DNA of 64,000 nucleotides, from positions 3,548-67,547 of the forward strand of contig JBAXLB010000003.1 in the NCBI GenBank assembly GCA_037135035.1, written 5' to 3'. The notes under the pieces were generated by a model. That model had not been told where the DNA came from, made no database searches, and saw nothing but the letters and a program-made list of their open reading frames with translations. The DNA is from Candidatus Adlerbacteria bacterium (GTDB lineage Bacteria > Patescibacteriota > Minisyncoccia > Phycocordibacterales > SBAW01). Positions 38,126-48,823 of this stretch are shown piece by piece (the first letter of the stretch is position 1; each line of letters starts with the position of its first letter). The translations under genes were made by a program, and so were the position numbers.

Positions 38126-39346
38126 CTAAATATTTGCCGTGCTGTTGTAAATTGGGAGCAATACCGCAGCAAGAAGGAAGCCGACACCGAGCGCCAGTGC
38201 AACAATAAGGGCAGGCTCTATGAGTGAAACGAGGGTGTCGACCGCGGCGTTTACTTCGCGGTTATAAAACTTGGCCATGCGCTGCAAAATATTCCCCAAC
38301 TCCCCCGTTTCTTCACCTATTTTGAGCATTTGCACCATAATAGACGGGATTTCCTGGGGGTAATGGCTAAATGTTTCTGAAATCGAACGGCCAGCTTTTA
38401 CGCCTTCGAGAGCTTCGAGGATTATCCCTTCGTATATTTGGTTTTCGATAACGCTCGACGTTACTTCAAGCGAACGGACGGCGCTAATACCTGACGTAAG
38501 CATCACGTGCATGTTGTCTGCAAACCGCGACAAGTAGAGCTTGCGGTACAACTCGCCAACATACGGAATAGAGAGTTTGAGCCGGCTCATAGCAAGTTTA
38601 CCTGTGGGCGTTTGTGCATATCGGTAGAGAAAGTACCCACCAACAATAAGTGCGATGAGGATAAAAATACCGTAGTCGGTTAAGAACGCGCTGAAGCTAA
38701 GTATTATTTGTGTAAAGAGTGGCAACTGCTGGCCGTCCCCTTCCAAAATCGAGCCGATTTTTGGGATAACAACGGTAAGCATGAGTGTCATCACCGCAAC
38801 AAAGGTGACCATAATAAACGCCGGGTATATAAGCGCGTTGCGTGCCTTGCCGGTTAATTCGTACGAGCGGTCTATATAGTCTGCCAAAAACAAAAAGGTC
38901 TGGTCGAGTTTGCCTGACTCTTCGCCCGCACGAACCATGTTGACGTAAAAGTCCGAAAAAACTTTTGGATGTTTTGCGAGTGCTTTGGAAATTGAGTCAC
39001 CGCTCTGGAGGTCGTCCCCTACGTCGGTAAGTGCTTTGCGCAAAAATGGTTTTTCGGCCTGCTCTGCAAGCAAGCGAAATACTCGCAGGGCTGATACTTG
39101 CGCTTCAAACAGCGTTGCAAGTTGGCGCGACAACAGCACCACGTCGCGGTTAGATACTCCTCCAAAAAAAGATGTGTTGTTTAAAAGCGCGCGTACGTTG
39201 TTGTCCTGGTTAATAGGAGAAATGGACGTAAGCGTGAGCCCGCGACGCTGCAGAGCTTCCACCGCAGCGTCTTGGGTAGGAGCATTGGCTGTGCCGCTCT
39301 GCGGCTTGCCTGTTTGGTCGAGACCTTCGTACTTAAATTCTGACAT
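38126..39346 (-). CDS. pilC: type IV pilus platform protein PilC (GspF family)
   Basis: 406 aa, two T2SS_F repeats, 3 TM. Confidence 0.85.
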   Translation of the reverse strand: MSEFKYEGLDQTGKPQSGTANAPTQDAAVEALQRRGLTLTSISPINQDNNVRALLNNTSFFGGVSNRDVVLLSRQLATLFEAQVSALRVFRLLAEQAEKPFLRKALTDVGDDLQSGDSISKALAKHPKVFSDFYVNMVRAGEESGKLDQTFLFLADYIDRSYELTGKARNALIYPAFIMVTFVAVMTLMLTVVIPKIGSILEGDGQQLPLFTQIILSFSAFLTDYGIFILIALIVGGYFLYRYAQTPTGKLAMSRLKLSIPYVGELYRKLYLSRFADNMHVMLTSGISAVRSLEVTSSVIENQIYEGIILEALEGVKAGRSISETFSHYPQEIPSIMVQMLKIGEETGELGNILQRMAKFYNREVNAAVDTLVSLIEPALIVALALGVGFLLAAVLLPIYNSTANI

Positions 39347-39352
39347 ACAATA

Positions 39353-40414
39353 TTACAACAAACGCTCCAGGGTTTTTGGGCTCCACGAACGAGCGTAGGC
39401 ACTCTCTATTGTTATCTCCCCCATGCGGACCATTTCGGCTAACGAACGGTTCATGTCTATCATGCCTTCGTCGGAACCAGTTTCTATGACGGTCTGTATT
39501 TCGTGTGTACGTTTTTCGCGTATTAAATTTGCGACAGCACCAGTATTTATAAGTAGCTCGCATGCAGGGACAAGGCCACCTGAAACGCGCGGGATAAGCC
39601 GCTGAGAGAAAATACCTGCAAGAGAGGCCGCAAGCTGCGTGCGGATTTGGTCTTGCTGGCCCCCGGGAAAAGAGTCGATAATGCGGTCAATAGTTTGTGC
39701 CGCGTTGTTTGTGTGCAATGTCGAAAACACCAAATGTCCTGTTTCTGCAGCCGTTACCGCTGCGGCCATAGTTTCTGGCGTGCGCATTTCGCCTATCATA
39801 AGCACGTTTGCATCTTGGCGAAATACCGAACGCAGACCCGACTCGAAGTCCGCCGTGTCTATATGGACTTCGCGCTGGTCAATGAGCGATTTTTTATTTT
39901 CGAACAAATATTCTATCGGGTCTTCAATCGTGACAATGTGTTCGGTGCGCTCAGAATTTATTTTGTCTATGAGTGCCGCAAGCGTGGTTGTCTTTCCCTG
40001 CCCTACCGGACCCACCACCAAAAAGAACCCTTGCTGGCGCGCAGCGAACGTTTCTATAGACGGCGGCAAGTTCAACTCGGCGAGTGTCTTGATAACTTTA
40101 GGAATTAAGCGGAGTGCCACACCCACATGTCCACGTTCGAAGTAGCCGTTCCCACGAAAGCGCGCCTTGTCTTCGTATGAGTAGGAAAAGTCGATTTCCT
40201 GTGTTTCTAAAAAGCGTTTTTTATGCTCGGGGCTCAACATTTCTGCAAGGAGGCCCATGACGTCGTCGTTTGAAAGTACCGGCTCGGACAAAAGCGGCGT
40301 GAGTGTATGCGACACACGGATAACTGGCTGTATTCCTGCACCCAAGTGCAAGTCCGACGCGCCTTGCGCGATAAGAAGCGCAATAAGTTCAGCTAGTTTC
40401 TTTTTGTAGTCCAT
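39353..40414 (-). CDS. pilT: twitching motility ATPase PilT
   Basis: 353 aa; Walker A GPVGQGKTT, Asp box, His box; typical PilT size. Confidence 0.85.
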   Translation of the reverse strand: MDYKKKLAELIALLIAQGASDLHLGAGIQPVIRVSHTLTPLLSEPVLSNDDVMGLLAEMLSPEHKKRFLETQEIDFSYSYEDKARFRGNGYFERGHVGVALRLIPKVIKTLAELNLPPSIETFAARQQGFFLVVGPVGQGKTTTLAALIDKINSERTEHIVTIEDPIEYLFENKKSLIDQREVHIDTADFESGLRSVFRQDANVLMIGEMRTPETMAAAVTAAETGHLVFSTLHTNNAAQTIDRIIDSFPGGQQDQIRTQLAASLAGIFSQRLIPRVSGGLVPACELLINTGAVANLIREKRTHEIQTVIETGSDEGMIDMNRSLAEMVRMGEITIESAYARSWSPKTLERLL

Positions 40415-40423
40415 ACAATGTTC

Positions 40424-42268
40424 TTAAATTTGTACTTCTTTTCCTGGTACGTCGTCACCTCCATCTGCAGCAAGTGCTTCGGGAGCTGGAGGCGGCATAG
40501 GCGCTGTTTCTATATCGTCTTCCAGTTCATACTGACCTCCGAGTGTGTTTACTTCTTCGAACGGGATAATACCTTTTGCACTTTTAATAATAGCATCTTC
40601 TTTCATGGTCAACATACCGTGTCTGCGCACGGTTGCGAACATTTCCTCTTCGGGCTTGTGTTCGAGAATCGCTTTTTCAAGTTCTGGGTTCATGTCGAAC
40701 ACCTCAACGACCGCAATACGCCCCTGTGTGCCCGACGGACACTCGGGCGTCACTTGCAAACGATGCACGGTGTCGAGTGGTGGCAAGTTTTTTCTAAATT
40801 CTTCGGGCAGGTCCTCAAATTCTTTTGTAAACATTTCCTGCATGCTTTCCTCTGCAACAACCTGCTTACCGCCGCCTTTGCACAACGTACGGACAAGGCG
40901 TTGCGCCATACCTAAAATAAGCACGGGCGGTATAAGGTAGGGCTCTACACCCATGTCCAAAAGACGCGGAATGATACCAATGGAGTTGTTGGTGTGTATA
41001 GTCGAAAGCACCAAGTGGCCCGTAAGTGCTGCTTGCACCGCTAAGTTTGCTGTTTCTGCATCGCGGATTTCGCCGACCATAATAATGTTTGGGTCTTGGC
41101 GCAAGGTTGTGCGCAAACCAGTTGCAAACGTGTAGCCAATTTCTGGGCGGATTTGACTTTGCGACACACCGGCAATGGTATATTCGACCGGGTCTTCAAG
41201 CGAAAGGACATTCTGCCCTTCGCGGTCAATTTCGTTTAACAGTGCATACAATGTGGTCGACTTACCCGAGCCTGTTGGGCCCGACACCAACACCAACCCA
41301 TACGGTTTTTTTATTGCCGCGCGTATAAGCGCAATGTCGCGCGTAGACATCCCTAAACTCTCAAGACGCAAGTCCTGCGCGGCCGAACCCAAAATACGCA
41401 TCACGACCTTTTCGCCGTAGTAGGTTGGAAATGTCGAAACACGAAAGTCTATTTTGTCAGTACCAACCCGCGCAGAAAAGCGGCCGTCCTGAGGTTTGCG
41501 CTTTTCGTCCAGGCGCATGTTAGACAGCACTTTGATACGTGCCACGACCGAGCTGTGCACTTTGGAAGGTAGTGTTAGGTTGGTGATAAGCACGCCGTCG
41601 ATACGAAACCGCACACGTGTTTGTTCGGCCATAGGTTCGATATGGATGTCAGACGCGCGCTGCTCTGAGGCATGTTGCAGCACCGTTGCAACAATTTTTG
41701 TCACAGGTGCGCCTTCGCTCACCGCCTCTGCTGTGTCTGTCACCTCTTCGTCTTCGATAGAAATATTGCGCTTTGTTTCTTCGGCGTGAATGTCTGTGGT
41801 ACTTTCAGTTTCGAGATCGTTCAAAGCTTTTCCCACTTCACCGGAGAGTCCTTTATATTCGAGAAGGAGTTTTGCAAAGTCGGCCTCACTTATGAGAAAT
41901 ACTTTGTATGGCATCCCCACTTTTGCCGAAATAAATGTCAGTGCATCGCGCGCCTCGAGATTGTCGGGGTCGGTTACACCAACAAGCAGCGCGCCGTCTT
42001 CCACTCCAAGCGGGACAAAATGGTAGTGTCTCGCAGATTCTTCGGGGATGTAGCTAAGTGTGCTAAACGGCACAGGTTCGGACCCCAGCTCACGTACAGG
42101 GGTGCCGTAGTATGCACCCTTGGCTTTAAGAATTTCTTCGGCCGGAACGCCAGCAGCCATAAACACCTCCTCTGCGTTTGCGCCGGGCTTGCCGAGCTCT
42201 AGCCGGAGCGCAGGCACGAGCGTGGCGTCTATAGCCCCAGTTTGTAAAAGAAGCGCGAGTAGGTCCAT
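40424..42268 (-). CDS. pilB: type IV pilus assembly ATPase PilB (GspE family)
   Basis: N-terminal GSPII_E_N domains, Walker A GPTGSGKST, tetracysteine motif; start placed at MDLLALLLQ. Confidence 0.85.
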   Translation of the reverse strand: MDLLALLLQTGAIDATLVPALRLELGKPGANAEEVFMAAGVPAEEILKAKGAYYGTPVRELGSEPVPFSTLSYIPEESARHYHFVPLGVEDGALLVGVTDPDNLEARDALTFISAKVGMPYKVFLISEADFAKLLLEYKGLSGEVGKALNDLETESTTDIHAEETKRNISIEDEEVTDTAEAVSEGAPVTKIVATVLQHASEQRASDIHIEPMAEQTRVRFRIDGVLITNLTLPSKVHSSVVARIKVLSNMRLDEKRKPQDGRFSARVGTDKIDFRVSTFPTYYGEKVVMRILGSAAQDLRLESLGMSTRDIALIRAAIKKPYGLVLVSGPTGSGKSTTLYALLNEIDREGQNVLSLEDPVEYTIAGVSQSQIRPEIGYTFATGLRTTLRQDPNIIMVGEIRDAETANLAVQAALTGHLVLSTIHTNNSIGIIPRLLDMGVEPYLIPPVLILGMAQRLVRTLCKGGGKQVVAEESMQEMFTKEFEDLPEEFRKNLPPLDTVHRLQVTPECPSGTQGRIAVVEVFDMNPELEKAILEHKPEEEMFATVRRHGMLTMKEDAIIKSAKGIIPFEEVNTLGGQYELEDDIETAPMPPPAPEALAADGGDDVPGKEVQI

Positions 42269-42284
42269 AGCAAATAACAGCGCA

Positions 42285-42671
42285 CTAGTGCGTCGTAGTA
42301 GGAGTTTTTGTTGGGGTTTTTGTTTTCGTGCTTGCAGGGGTTGAAGCCGCGGGTACCGGAGGTGCTGGTGGTGGAGCAGTGAGCGACAAAAATGGGTTAC
42401 GGCGCCCGACAGGCTGAGGCGGGATAATGACGCCATAGTCGGTCAACGAAACAAATGCAGGGTTTGAAAAGATACTGCCGTCGAGGCGAAGCGTATGCAA
42501 ATTTGAAAGTGTTACGAGTAAGTCTCTCGAGACTGACGGCTCACTCGGGTCAGCTGACGACGACAATGTCGGCGTATTCGTGTTACCCGAAAAAAACAAC
42601 ATCCCGAGTAACAAAAGAACAGCGAGTATGACTCCTCCGGTTACCATTTTATTTTTTTTAAGAAAATCCAT
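42285..42671 (-). CDS. pilus-associated membrane protein (PilP-like?), Pro/Thr-rich C-terminus
   Basis: N-terminal TM; lies between pilO-like and pilB. Confidence 0.4.
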   Translation of the reverse strand: MDFLKKNKMVTGGVILAVLLLLGMLFFSGNTNTPTLSSSADPSEPSVSRDLLVTLSNLHTLRLDGSIFSNPAFVSLTDYGVIIPPQPVGRRNPFLSLTAPPPAPPVPAASTPASTKTKTPTKTPTTTH

Positions 42672-42679
42672 AGAAGATA

Positions 42680-43231
42680 TTAATGAAGCCAGTACGTCCG
42701 TATGTCGACAGAGTACACATTAAGGTCGCCCGGCCCGGTGTTAAACGATATCTTGTCTATATCTACAATACGCAAGCTGTGTTCGAGGTCTTGCAAAAAT
42801 ACTAGGAAGTCGTCGTATTTTGCCGCAACCGAAAACCCAACCTGTACCGAACCTACCGCCGCTCCCGAGGAACCTACTGCCAAAGCGCTCCTTTTTTGGT
42901 CGCTGTCGGAGACACTGCCAAGCTCTACGGTTGAAAGTGCTAACCCGTGTCTGGCAGCAATATTGTTGATGTCTATTATTAAGCGGATGTTGTCGACGTT
43001 GTCGGGGAGCACGTGACTTAGCTTTATCACATTGTCGTTCGAAAATGATGCGCGAGTTGCAAGTAGCCTGTCACGCAAACTATGTAGCTCTGCCGACTTA
43101 GTGAGAGCGTCGTCGTACGATGCATTTTGAACTGAAAGATTTTTTATCGTTTGATACGCAGGGTTGGTATACAGCACAAACAACCCAAGTGCTGCCGCAA
43201 ACAAAAATACTGGAAGGATAATTCGTTTCAT
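42680..43231 (-). CDS. PilO-like pilus assembly protein
   Basis: N-terminal TM + coiled-coil + periplasmic domain; gene order matches pilM-N-O. Confidence 0.55.
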   Translation of the reverse strand: MKRIILPVFLFAAALGLFVLYTNPAYQTIKNLSVQNASYDDALTKSAELHSLRDRLLATRASFSNDNVIKLSHVLPDNVDNIRLIIDINNIAARHGLALSTVELGSVSDSDQKRSALAVGSSGAAVGSVQVGFSVAAKYDDFLVFLQDLEHSLRIVDIDKISFNTGPGDLNVYSVDIRTYWLH

Positions 43232-43234
43232 ATA

Positions 43235-43882
43235 CTAGGGTACAAAATTTGGCGTAGTTCCTGATGCGGGGGCGCTCTGCTGCGGCAGAGTCTGTGCTAC
43301 ACCTAAATTTTTGGTGTAGTTAATAAGCGACGGGTCGACTGTGGCAGTAACATTAAACGTCACTTTGCCCACGAGCCCCACCTTAATGTCCGAAAACACA
43401 ACATTTTTAAGAACTTTGCTTGCACTAAATTGGTCGCTTTGGAGCGCGACGGTTGCAAATGAGTCGGCCTGCCCCGCAAGCACAACCGTTGCCGAATTGC
43501 CGCCCTGTAAGTTGTACGTAAGGCTTACAAATTGAACTGCCTGGAGAGTTTGGCTGCCGAGGAAATTAAAAATAGCAGACGGAGCAACGTGGTTTTGCAG
43601 AAGTAATTGTGCGTTGTTGATGCGAGAGTCCATGCGTATCAGGTCTTGTATGGTCGAGATGTCGAACGCGCCCTCGGCCTTTGCGAGAGAGTCGGACTTT
43701 GACGCGAGTGACGACGCGAGCAAGGTCTGGTAGCCAAACACACCTCCGGCAGCAACCAACGAAACAATAAATATGAACAGAGCAATAAAAAAGAAGAGGC
43801 CAAACCCCCCACCTTCGCGGTACGGCTTTCCACTGTCGAGTGGTTTTTTTGGTATGAACGATGCGGAAATTTGAGAATCCAT
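43235..43882 (-). CDS. PilN-like pilus assembly protein
   Basis: cytoplasmic N-terminus, TM, periplasmic domain; follows pilM. Confidence 0.55.
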   Translation of the reverse strand: MDSQISASFIPKKPLDSGKPYREGGGFGLFFFIALFIFIVSLVAAGGVFGYQTLLASSLASKSDSLAKAEGAFDISTIQDLIRMDSRINNAQLLLQNHVAPSAIFNFLGSQTLQAVQFVSLTYNLQGGNSATVVLAGQADSFATVALQSDQFSASKVLKNVVFSDIKVGLVGKVTFNVTATVDPSLINYTKNLGVAQTLPQQSAPASGTTPNFVP

Positions 43883-43957
43883 TCTTTGTAAGTATACCGT
43901 GCAAATAAAAACAAGAAGAACTCTATCAACACATGCGCCAGCCGACCGGTTGGTGTG

Positions 43958-45055
43958 TTATCCAATTTCCTGCAAGCGCCGCAGCGCCAACCCCACCGCA
44001 ACCGAAAACTCCGGTCCAGCTTCTCGCAGAATTTCTTCCAAAAAGGCTGGTGCCTGCGTTTTGCTAAACGGGTCGGCAAGACGGATTTCTGTCTGTATCG
44101 ACTTTTGCGCAAATTCTTTCATACCTTTCAACGTTGCACCGCCGCCGGTTAACACAAGTGCGCCGAGTGACTGGTTTTTAGCCGCCTCATACGCTGCAAT
44201 AGTCCGCGAGAGTTCGGACAGCACTATGCCTAGGGAAAGTTCTAGCGATTGTTTTAAGTTTGCAACGCCTGCGGTCGCTATGTCTCCTGTCAGACCAAAC
44301 TTACGCTTGCGCTGTTCGGCTTCTGCTACGGTGATACCAAGCGCTCTGCCCGCCGCCAAGGTTAAGTCTTGGCTGCCGTGGCTGATAATATGGCTTTCGT
44401 GTATTACGCCGCGCTCGACAACATAAAATTTAGTTGTTGCTGCACCCATGTCGACCACTGCAACTGGTGCAATGCCGTGGTCGAGCGCGGCACGTGCGGC
44501 ACTAAAGACTTCTATCTCAAAAAAACCTAACTCCAAGTTTGCGGTGCCCGCAATGGAGCGAAACTTTGTAATTGTATCGTTGTGTATAGCCACCAGCAGT
44601 ACTTCAATTTTGCCGGTAGGGCTGGCGTTTTTTTCGCCTTCGCCACCGCTTATAACAAACCAGTCGAGCAGTACTTCGTTAATCGGGACAGGAATATATT
44701 TACGCGCCTCAAGTGGCATGACCGTTGCGAGCTGTTTTTCAACCGATGCAGGCAGGGTAACTATCGACACCAGGCTCGACGAGTACGGGATAGAAATTGC
44801 AGCGTCGGCGGTGGTGACATTTGCTTCTCGTATCACATCTTTAAGAGCTTCGGCGATTTTTTCGGCCGGCAAGGCCGTCGCACGACCAACTTCAATGTCT
44901 GCATACGGCCCGAGCGCAATAGCACCGTATGTTTCAAGTACCACACGACCCTTTTCGCGCCGCAGCTGTACTATTTTTATCGACGACGTGCCGATGTCAA
45001 CGCCAAGCACACTTTTTACTTCCTTAGAGAAGAGTGATGAAAAGGAAAATGCCAT
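43958..45055 (-). CDS. pilM: type IV pilus assembly ATPase-like protein PilM (actin fold)
   Basis: 365 aa; LGVDIGTSSIKIVQL N-terminus, actin/FtsA-like fold motifs. Confidence 0.8.
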   Translation of the reverse strand: MAFSFSSLFSKEVKSVLGVDIGTSSIKIVQLRREKGRVVLETYGAIALGPYADIEVGRATALPAEKIAEALKDVIREANVTTADAAISIPYSSSLVSIVTLPASVEKQLATVMPLEARKYIPVPINEVLLDWFVISGGEGEKNASPTGKIEVLLVAIHNDTITKFRSIAGTANLELGFFEIEVFSAARAALDHGIAPVAVVDMGAATTKFYVVERGVIHESHIISHGSQDLTLAAGRALGITVAEAEQRKRKFGLTGDIATAGVANLKQSLELSLGIVLSELSRTIAAYEAAKNQSLGALVLTGGGATLKGMKEFAQKSIQTEIRLADPFSKTQAPAFLEEILREAGPEFSVAVGLALRRLQEIG

Positions 45056-45096
45056 AATGAGGTGAGATGAACACTTGCTAGTATATCATTAGTAGC

Positions 45097-45717
45097 ATGT
45101 CTCTCTACTCTTTTTTCTCTATACTTATCGACATTGTAGCGCCTCCACGCAGAACAGAAAATATTGTCCGCGCATTAACCTTGCCGCAGTTGCAACTACT
45201 CGTATTGCGCGGCGACCGAGCAGGCAGCCTTCCCTATCACGACAAACGTGTGACAGCACTTGTGTGGGAATTAAAATATTATGCACATCCGCGTGCTGCA
45301 GTACTTGCCGGCGCAATACTTTCTGAAGTGCTCATTGGAATAGCTTCAGAAGAATTAGGAAAGCCTGTACTTGTACCCATACCGATACATGCAGCCAGAA
45401 GGCGCCAGCGCGGACACAACCAAACAGAGGTGTTGTGCAGAGCTGCGCTCGTACATGCGAGTAGTTTTTTTGACTACGTACCGTATGCACTTACGCGAAC
45501 CCGTGCCACTCCTCCACAACAAGGCCTACATAAACATCTACGACTTACAAACATAGAAGGTTCGATGCAGGTACAAGACCCAAAAAAAATTGCGGGCCGT
45601 GTATGCGTAGTTGTAGACGACGTTTCAACAACGGGTGCCACCTTTGCTGAAGCAACGCGGGCATTAAAAAAAGCAGGTGCCGCACGGGTTGAATGTGTCG
45701 CCTTAGCGTATTCCTAA
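45097..45717 (+). CDS. comFC: ComF family protein (phosphoribosyltransferase domain)
   Basis: C-terminal PRTase motif VVVDDVSTTGATFAEA. Confidence 0.7.
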   Translation: MSLYSFFSILIDIVAPPRRTENIVRALTLPQLQLLVLRGDRAGSLPYHDKRVTALVWELKYYAHPRAAVLAGAILSEVLIGIASEELGKPVLVPIPIHAARRRQRGHNQTEVLCRAALVHASSFFDYVPYALTRTRATPPQQGLHKHLRLTNIEGSMQVQDPKKIAGRVCVVVDDVSTTGATFAEATRALKKAGAARVECVALAYS

Positions 45718-45724
45718 CGGGATG

Positions 45725-48700
45725 CTATTTTAGCCCTTTCTTTTGTTGTGTGCGGAAAAATAATACAGGAACGAGCACGAGTGTAAGGCAGATAGCAAAC
45801 CCAAGTCCAAACATAACTGAAAATGCGAGCGGCCCCCACGTAGGGTTGGACTCTGCAAGCGGGATCATACCAACAATGGTTGTAACGGTGGTGAGGAAAA
45901 TAGGACGTAGGCGCGTTGCAGAAGACTCTACGACCGAGTCAATAAGTGCCATGTTCGGCTCGGCGTGGAGCTGGTGGATCATCGAGTCCATCAAAATAAT
46001 CGCGTGGTTAATAATCACGCCACCAAGTGCAATGATGCCAAGCAGTGACGTAAACGACACCGGCTGCCCGGTAAGTGCCAAACCGTCGAGCACACCAATA
46101 AGCGAGAGCGGCACAATAAGCAGCAACTGGAAGGTGTAGCGAATAGAGTTAAAGCACAAAATAAGAATCATGAACATCAGCACGAGCCCTGCGATAAGTG
46201 CGACAAACATTTCTATAAACGAACGCGTGATGTCTTCTGTCTCCCCACCGTATGCGACGGCAACGCCTGTAGGCAGACGCAACTCCACTACACGTTTTTG
46301 AAATTCTGTGACCACTGCAGTTGCGGTTGTTTTGTCGTCAGGGTAGGCAGAAATTGTTTCGACACGAGTTTTTTCTATATGCGCAATGTTTGCATTGCTT
46401 GGACCCAGCGTGTCGTCGAGGACCGTACCAAGCAGCACCGGCCCTGCAGTACCCTGTATGGTGAGGTTTTTTATCGTATCAATTGTCGTACGGGATGTGT
46501 CAGACGGGTCGGTGTAGTTGGCATTTAAGTTGAGCTTAACCACGACGTCGATGTCTTTAGATGGCTGTGTGATGCTGGTTGCCTTGGTGCCTTGTATAGC
46601 AGCGCGTAATGTTTGCGCGACAACTTGCGTGCTCAAACCTAGCGCTGTGGCTTTACCCCTGTTAACAGTCAAGTCAAACTCGGTACCATTGTTTTGTGTT
46701 GTTGCCGTAACGTTGGTGACGTGCGGAATAGTAGCGAGCAGTTGCTTCCCTGCTTCTGCCGCTTTGACCAAGTCGTTAAGATTGTCACCTTTAAACTGAA
46801 TTTGGATAGGTGCCCCCGCGGACGGACCGTTGTTTGCTTGCAGTACTTGAACCGACGCGTCTGTTACAACCGCAAGGCGCTGCCCCAATTCGTTTGCAAT
46901 TTCGGTACTGGTTTTTTTATGACCAAGCGGCAAGTTGACCGTAATATTTGCTTGGTTGCTGCCCGCAGAGCCCCCGCCCCCTGCCACACCAGAGCTTTGT
47001 CCTACTGTCGTTTGTAGTGATGAAATGTCCGGGTCCGCATAGAGCAACTCTTCGATTTCGCGGACCGTAAGGTCAGTTGTGGACAATGTTGTGCCTTGGG
47101 GTTTTTGGATGTTGATATACACAAAGTCTTGGTCGTCTTGTGGAAAGAATGTTGTCTGCACCAGGCCCGTAAACGGCAGCGCGAGCGAGAGGGTAAACAA
47201 TATACCGAGCGTCCACAAAAAACGGCGTTGCAAACGCGCACTCGCCAGGATTTTGTGTAGATTATTTTTGTACCAATGCGTTGCCTTGTCGGTATACATT
47301 TCCTGCCACTCTTCAAACCGGCTCTGTCCTGACTGCTTGGTAAACAACACTGCAATAAGTGGGACAATGCCGAGCGCCACAAAAATCGACGCCATAAGCA
47401 CAAAGATAAGTGTGTATGGAATACCCGCAATAAATTTACCTATGATGCCGGAAATAAAAAAGAGTGGAGCGAACACTGCGACCGTTGCCATAGTTCCCGC
47501 AATAAGCGGCCACGCATAGTCGTGTAGCGCCGCACGTGCAGCATCCATGGGGTTGCCGTGCACCTTCATGCGGGCGTGAATAGCTTCTGTCACCACAATG
47601 CCGGAGTCCACCAAAATACCTACCGCCAAAATAAGCGCAAAGAGGCTTATGAAGTTAAGTGTATTGCCGGTGAAGTACAGCCCAATAAACGCAATGAGAA
47701 ACGACAGCGGTATGGCGAGCGCAGCTACAATTGACTCGCGCCATCCGATGGTCAGAAGCAGCACAATAATAACGAGCCCGACTGTTTCCAATCCTGTTTT
47801 GGTTAAGTCACCCAACTGTTTACGCACCTGGACACCTTGGTCGGTCGACGGTGAGATAAATACATCGAGCCCTTTAAGTGTTGTACTCTGGAGGCTTGCT
47901 ACTTTTGCTTTGACTGCATCGGCAACTCCCTGCACACTTGCACCTGCTTGTTTGGAAATAAGCAGCGTCATTGCCTGGTTACTAGGCTTGCCGCCAAGGG
48001 AGAGGCGCGAATATGTTGTTGCAGGCGCAAGCGCGTCTGAGACTACTGCAATATCGCGCACATATATAGGAATATTATTTTTTGACCCTACAGCAATGTC
48101 TTGTATTTCCTTTGGGTCGGTAATGCCGCCTTTAAAGTTAACGTTGTAGTTAACACCATCCATAGAAATACTTCCGGCAGGTGCCGCAACATTTGCTGCA
48201 CGAATAGCCGCAATAATGTCTATAAGCCGCAGGCCGTACTGCTGAAGTTGCTCCTTACTGACAACAACTGTTACTTGCCGGTCGGGTACGCCGGCAATAG
48301 AAATGTCAGACACTCCCGTAACACTTTTTATCTCGTCAGAAATGGTCGTGCCGAGTGCAGAAAATTCTGTAAGTGGTAAGTCGCCCGAAATAGAAACAAC
48401 GAGCACCGGCTGGTTGCTGATATCAACTTTACTTACCTGCGGTGTAGTAGCATCTGTAGGAAGTTCCGGAACTGCTTTTGCGACAACATCACGCAGCTCC
48501 TGTATCGACTGAGTAACGTCGGCGCTTGCATCAAATTCGACTGTTACAACAGACACGCCGTCGCTCGAATTAGACGTAACTTTGTGTACGTTGCTCAAGC
48601 CCGAAATTTTGTTTTCGAGTTTGTCGGTAACAAGCGTCTCCATGTCGGCAGCCGACGCACCTGGCAGTGCAACCGACACAATGCCGTCGGGTATAACAAT

Positions 48701-48820
48701 AGATGGCGAATTTTCCTTTGGAATTTGGAGTAGCGAGTAGAACCCTGCAATAACCAACGTACCAATAAGTACGTAGCTAAACTGTTTCCGTTCAAGAAAA
48801 AAGTTCCAAAGCCAAAGCAT
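45725..48820 (-). CDS. RND efflux transporter permease (AcrB/HAE family)
   Basis: 1031 aa, 12 TM, two large periplasmic loops. Confidence 0.85.
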   Translation of the reverse strand: MLWLWNFFLERKQFSYVLIGTLVIAGFYSLLQIPKENSPSIVIPDGIVSVALPGASAADMETLVTDKLENKISGLSNVHKVTSNSSDGVSVVTVEFDASADVTQSIQELRDVVAKAVPELPTDATTPQVSKVDISNQPVLVVSISGDLPLTEFSALGTTISDEIKSVTGVSDISIAGVPDRQVTVVVSKEQLQQYGLRLIDIIAAIRAANVAAPAGSISMDGVNYNVNFKGGITDPKEIQDIAVGSKNNIPIYVRDIAVVSDALAPATTYSRLSLGGKPSNQAMTLLISKQAGASVQGVADAVKAKVASLQSTTLKGLDVFISPSTDQGVQVRKQLGDLTKTGLETVGLVIIVLLLTIGWRESIVAALAIPLSFLIAFIGLYFTGNTLNFISLFALILAVGILVDSGIVVTEAIHARMKVHGNPMDAARAALHDYAWPLIAGTMATVAVFAPLFFISGIIGKFIAGIPYTLIFVLMASIFVALGIVPLIAVLFTKQSGQSRFEEWQEMYTDKATHWYKNNLHKILASARLQRRFLWTLGILFTLSLALPFTGLVQTTFFPQDDQDFVYINIQKPQGTTLSTTDLTVREIEELLYADPDISSLQTTVGQSSGVAGGGGSAGSNQANITVNLPLGHKKTSTEIANELGQRLAVVTDASVQVLQANNGPSAGAPIQIQFKGDNLNDLVKAAEAGKQLLATIPHVTNVTATTQNNGTEFDLTVNRGKATALGLSTQVVAQTLRAAIQGTKATSITQPSKDIDVVVKLNLNANYTDPSDTSRTTIDTIKNLTIQGTAGPVLLGTVLDDTLGPSNANIAHIEKTRVETISAYPDDKTTATAVVTEFQKRVVELRLPTGVAVAYGGETEDITRSFIEMFVALIAGLVLMFMILILCFNSIRYTFQLLLIVPLSLIGVLDGLALTGQPVSFTSLLGIIALGGVIINHAIILMDSMIHQLHAEPNMALIDSVVESSATRLRPIFLTTVTTIVGMIPLAESNPTWGPLAFSVMFGLGFAICLTLVLVPVLFFRTQQKKGLK

Positions 48821-48823
48821 ACG

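Noticed and set aside
40545-42026. Multiple plus-strand ORFs (131, 176 and 97 aa) inside pilB, with similar cases inside the RND pump, ligA, recG and ftsH
   Set aside because: All are antisense to long genes with unambiguous homology and show low-complexity translations.
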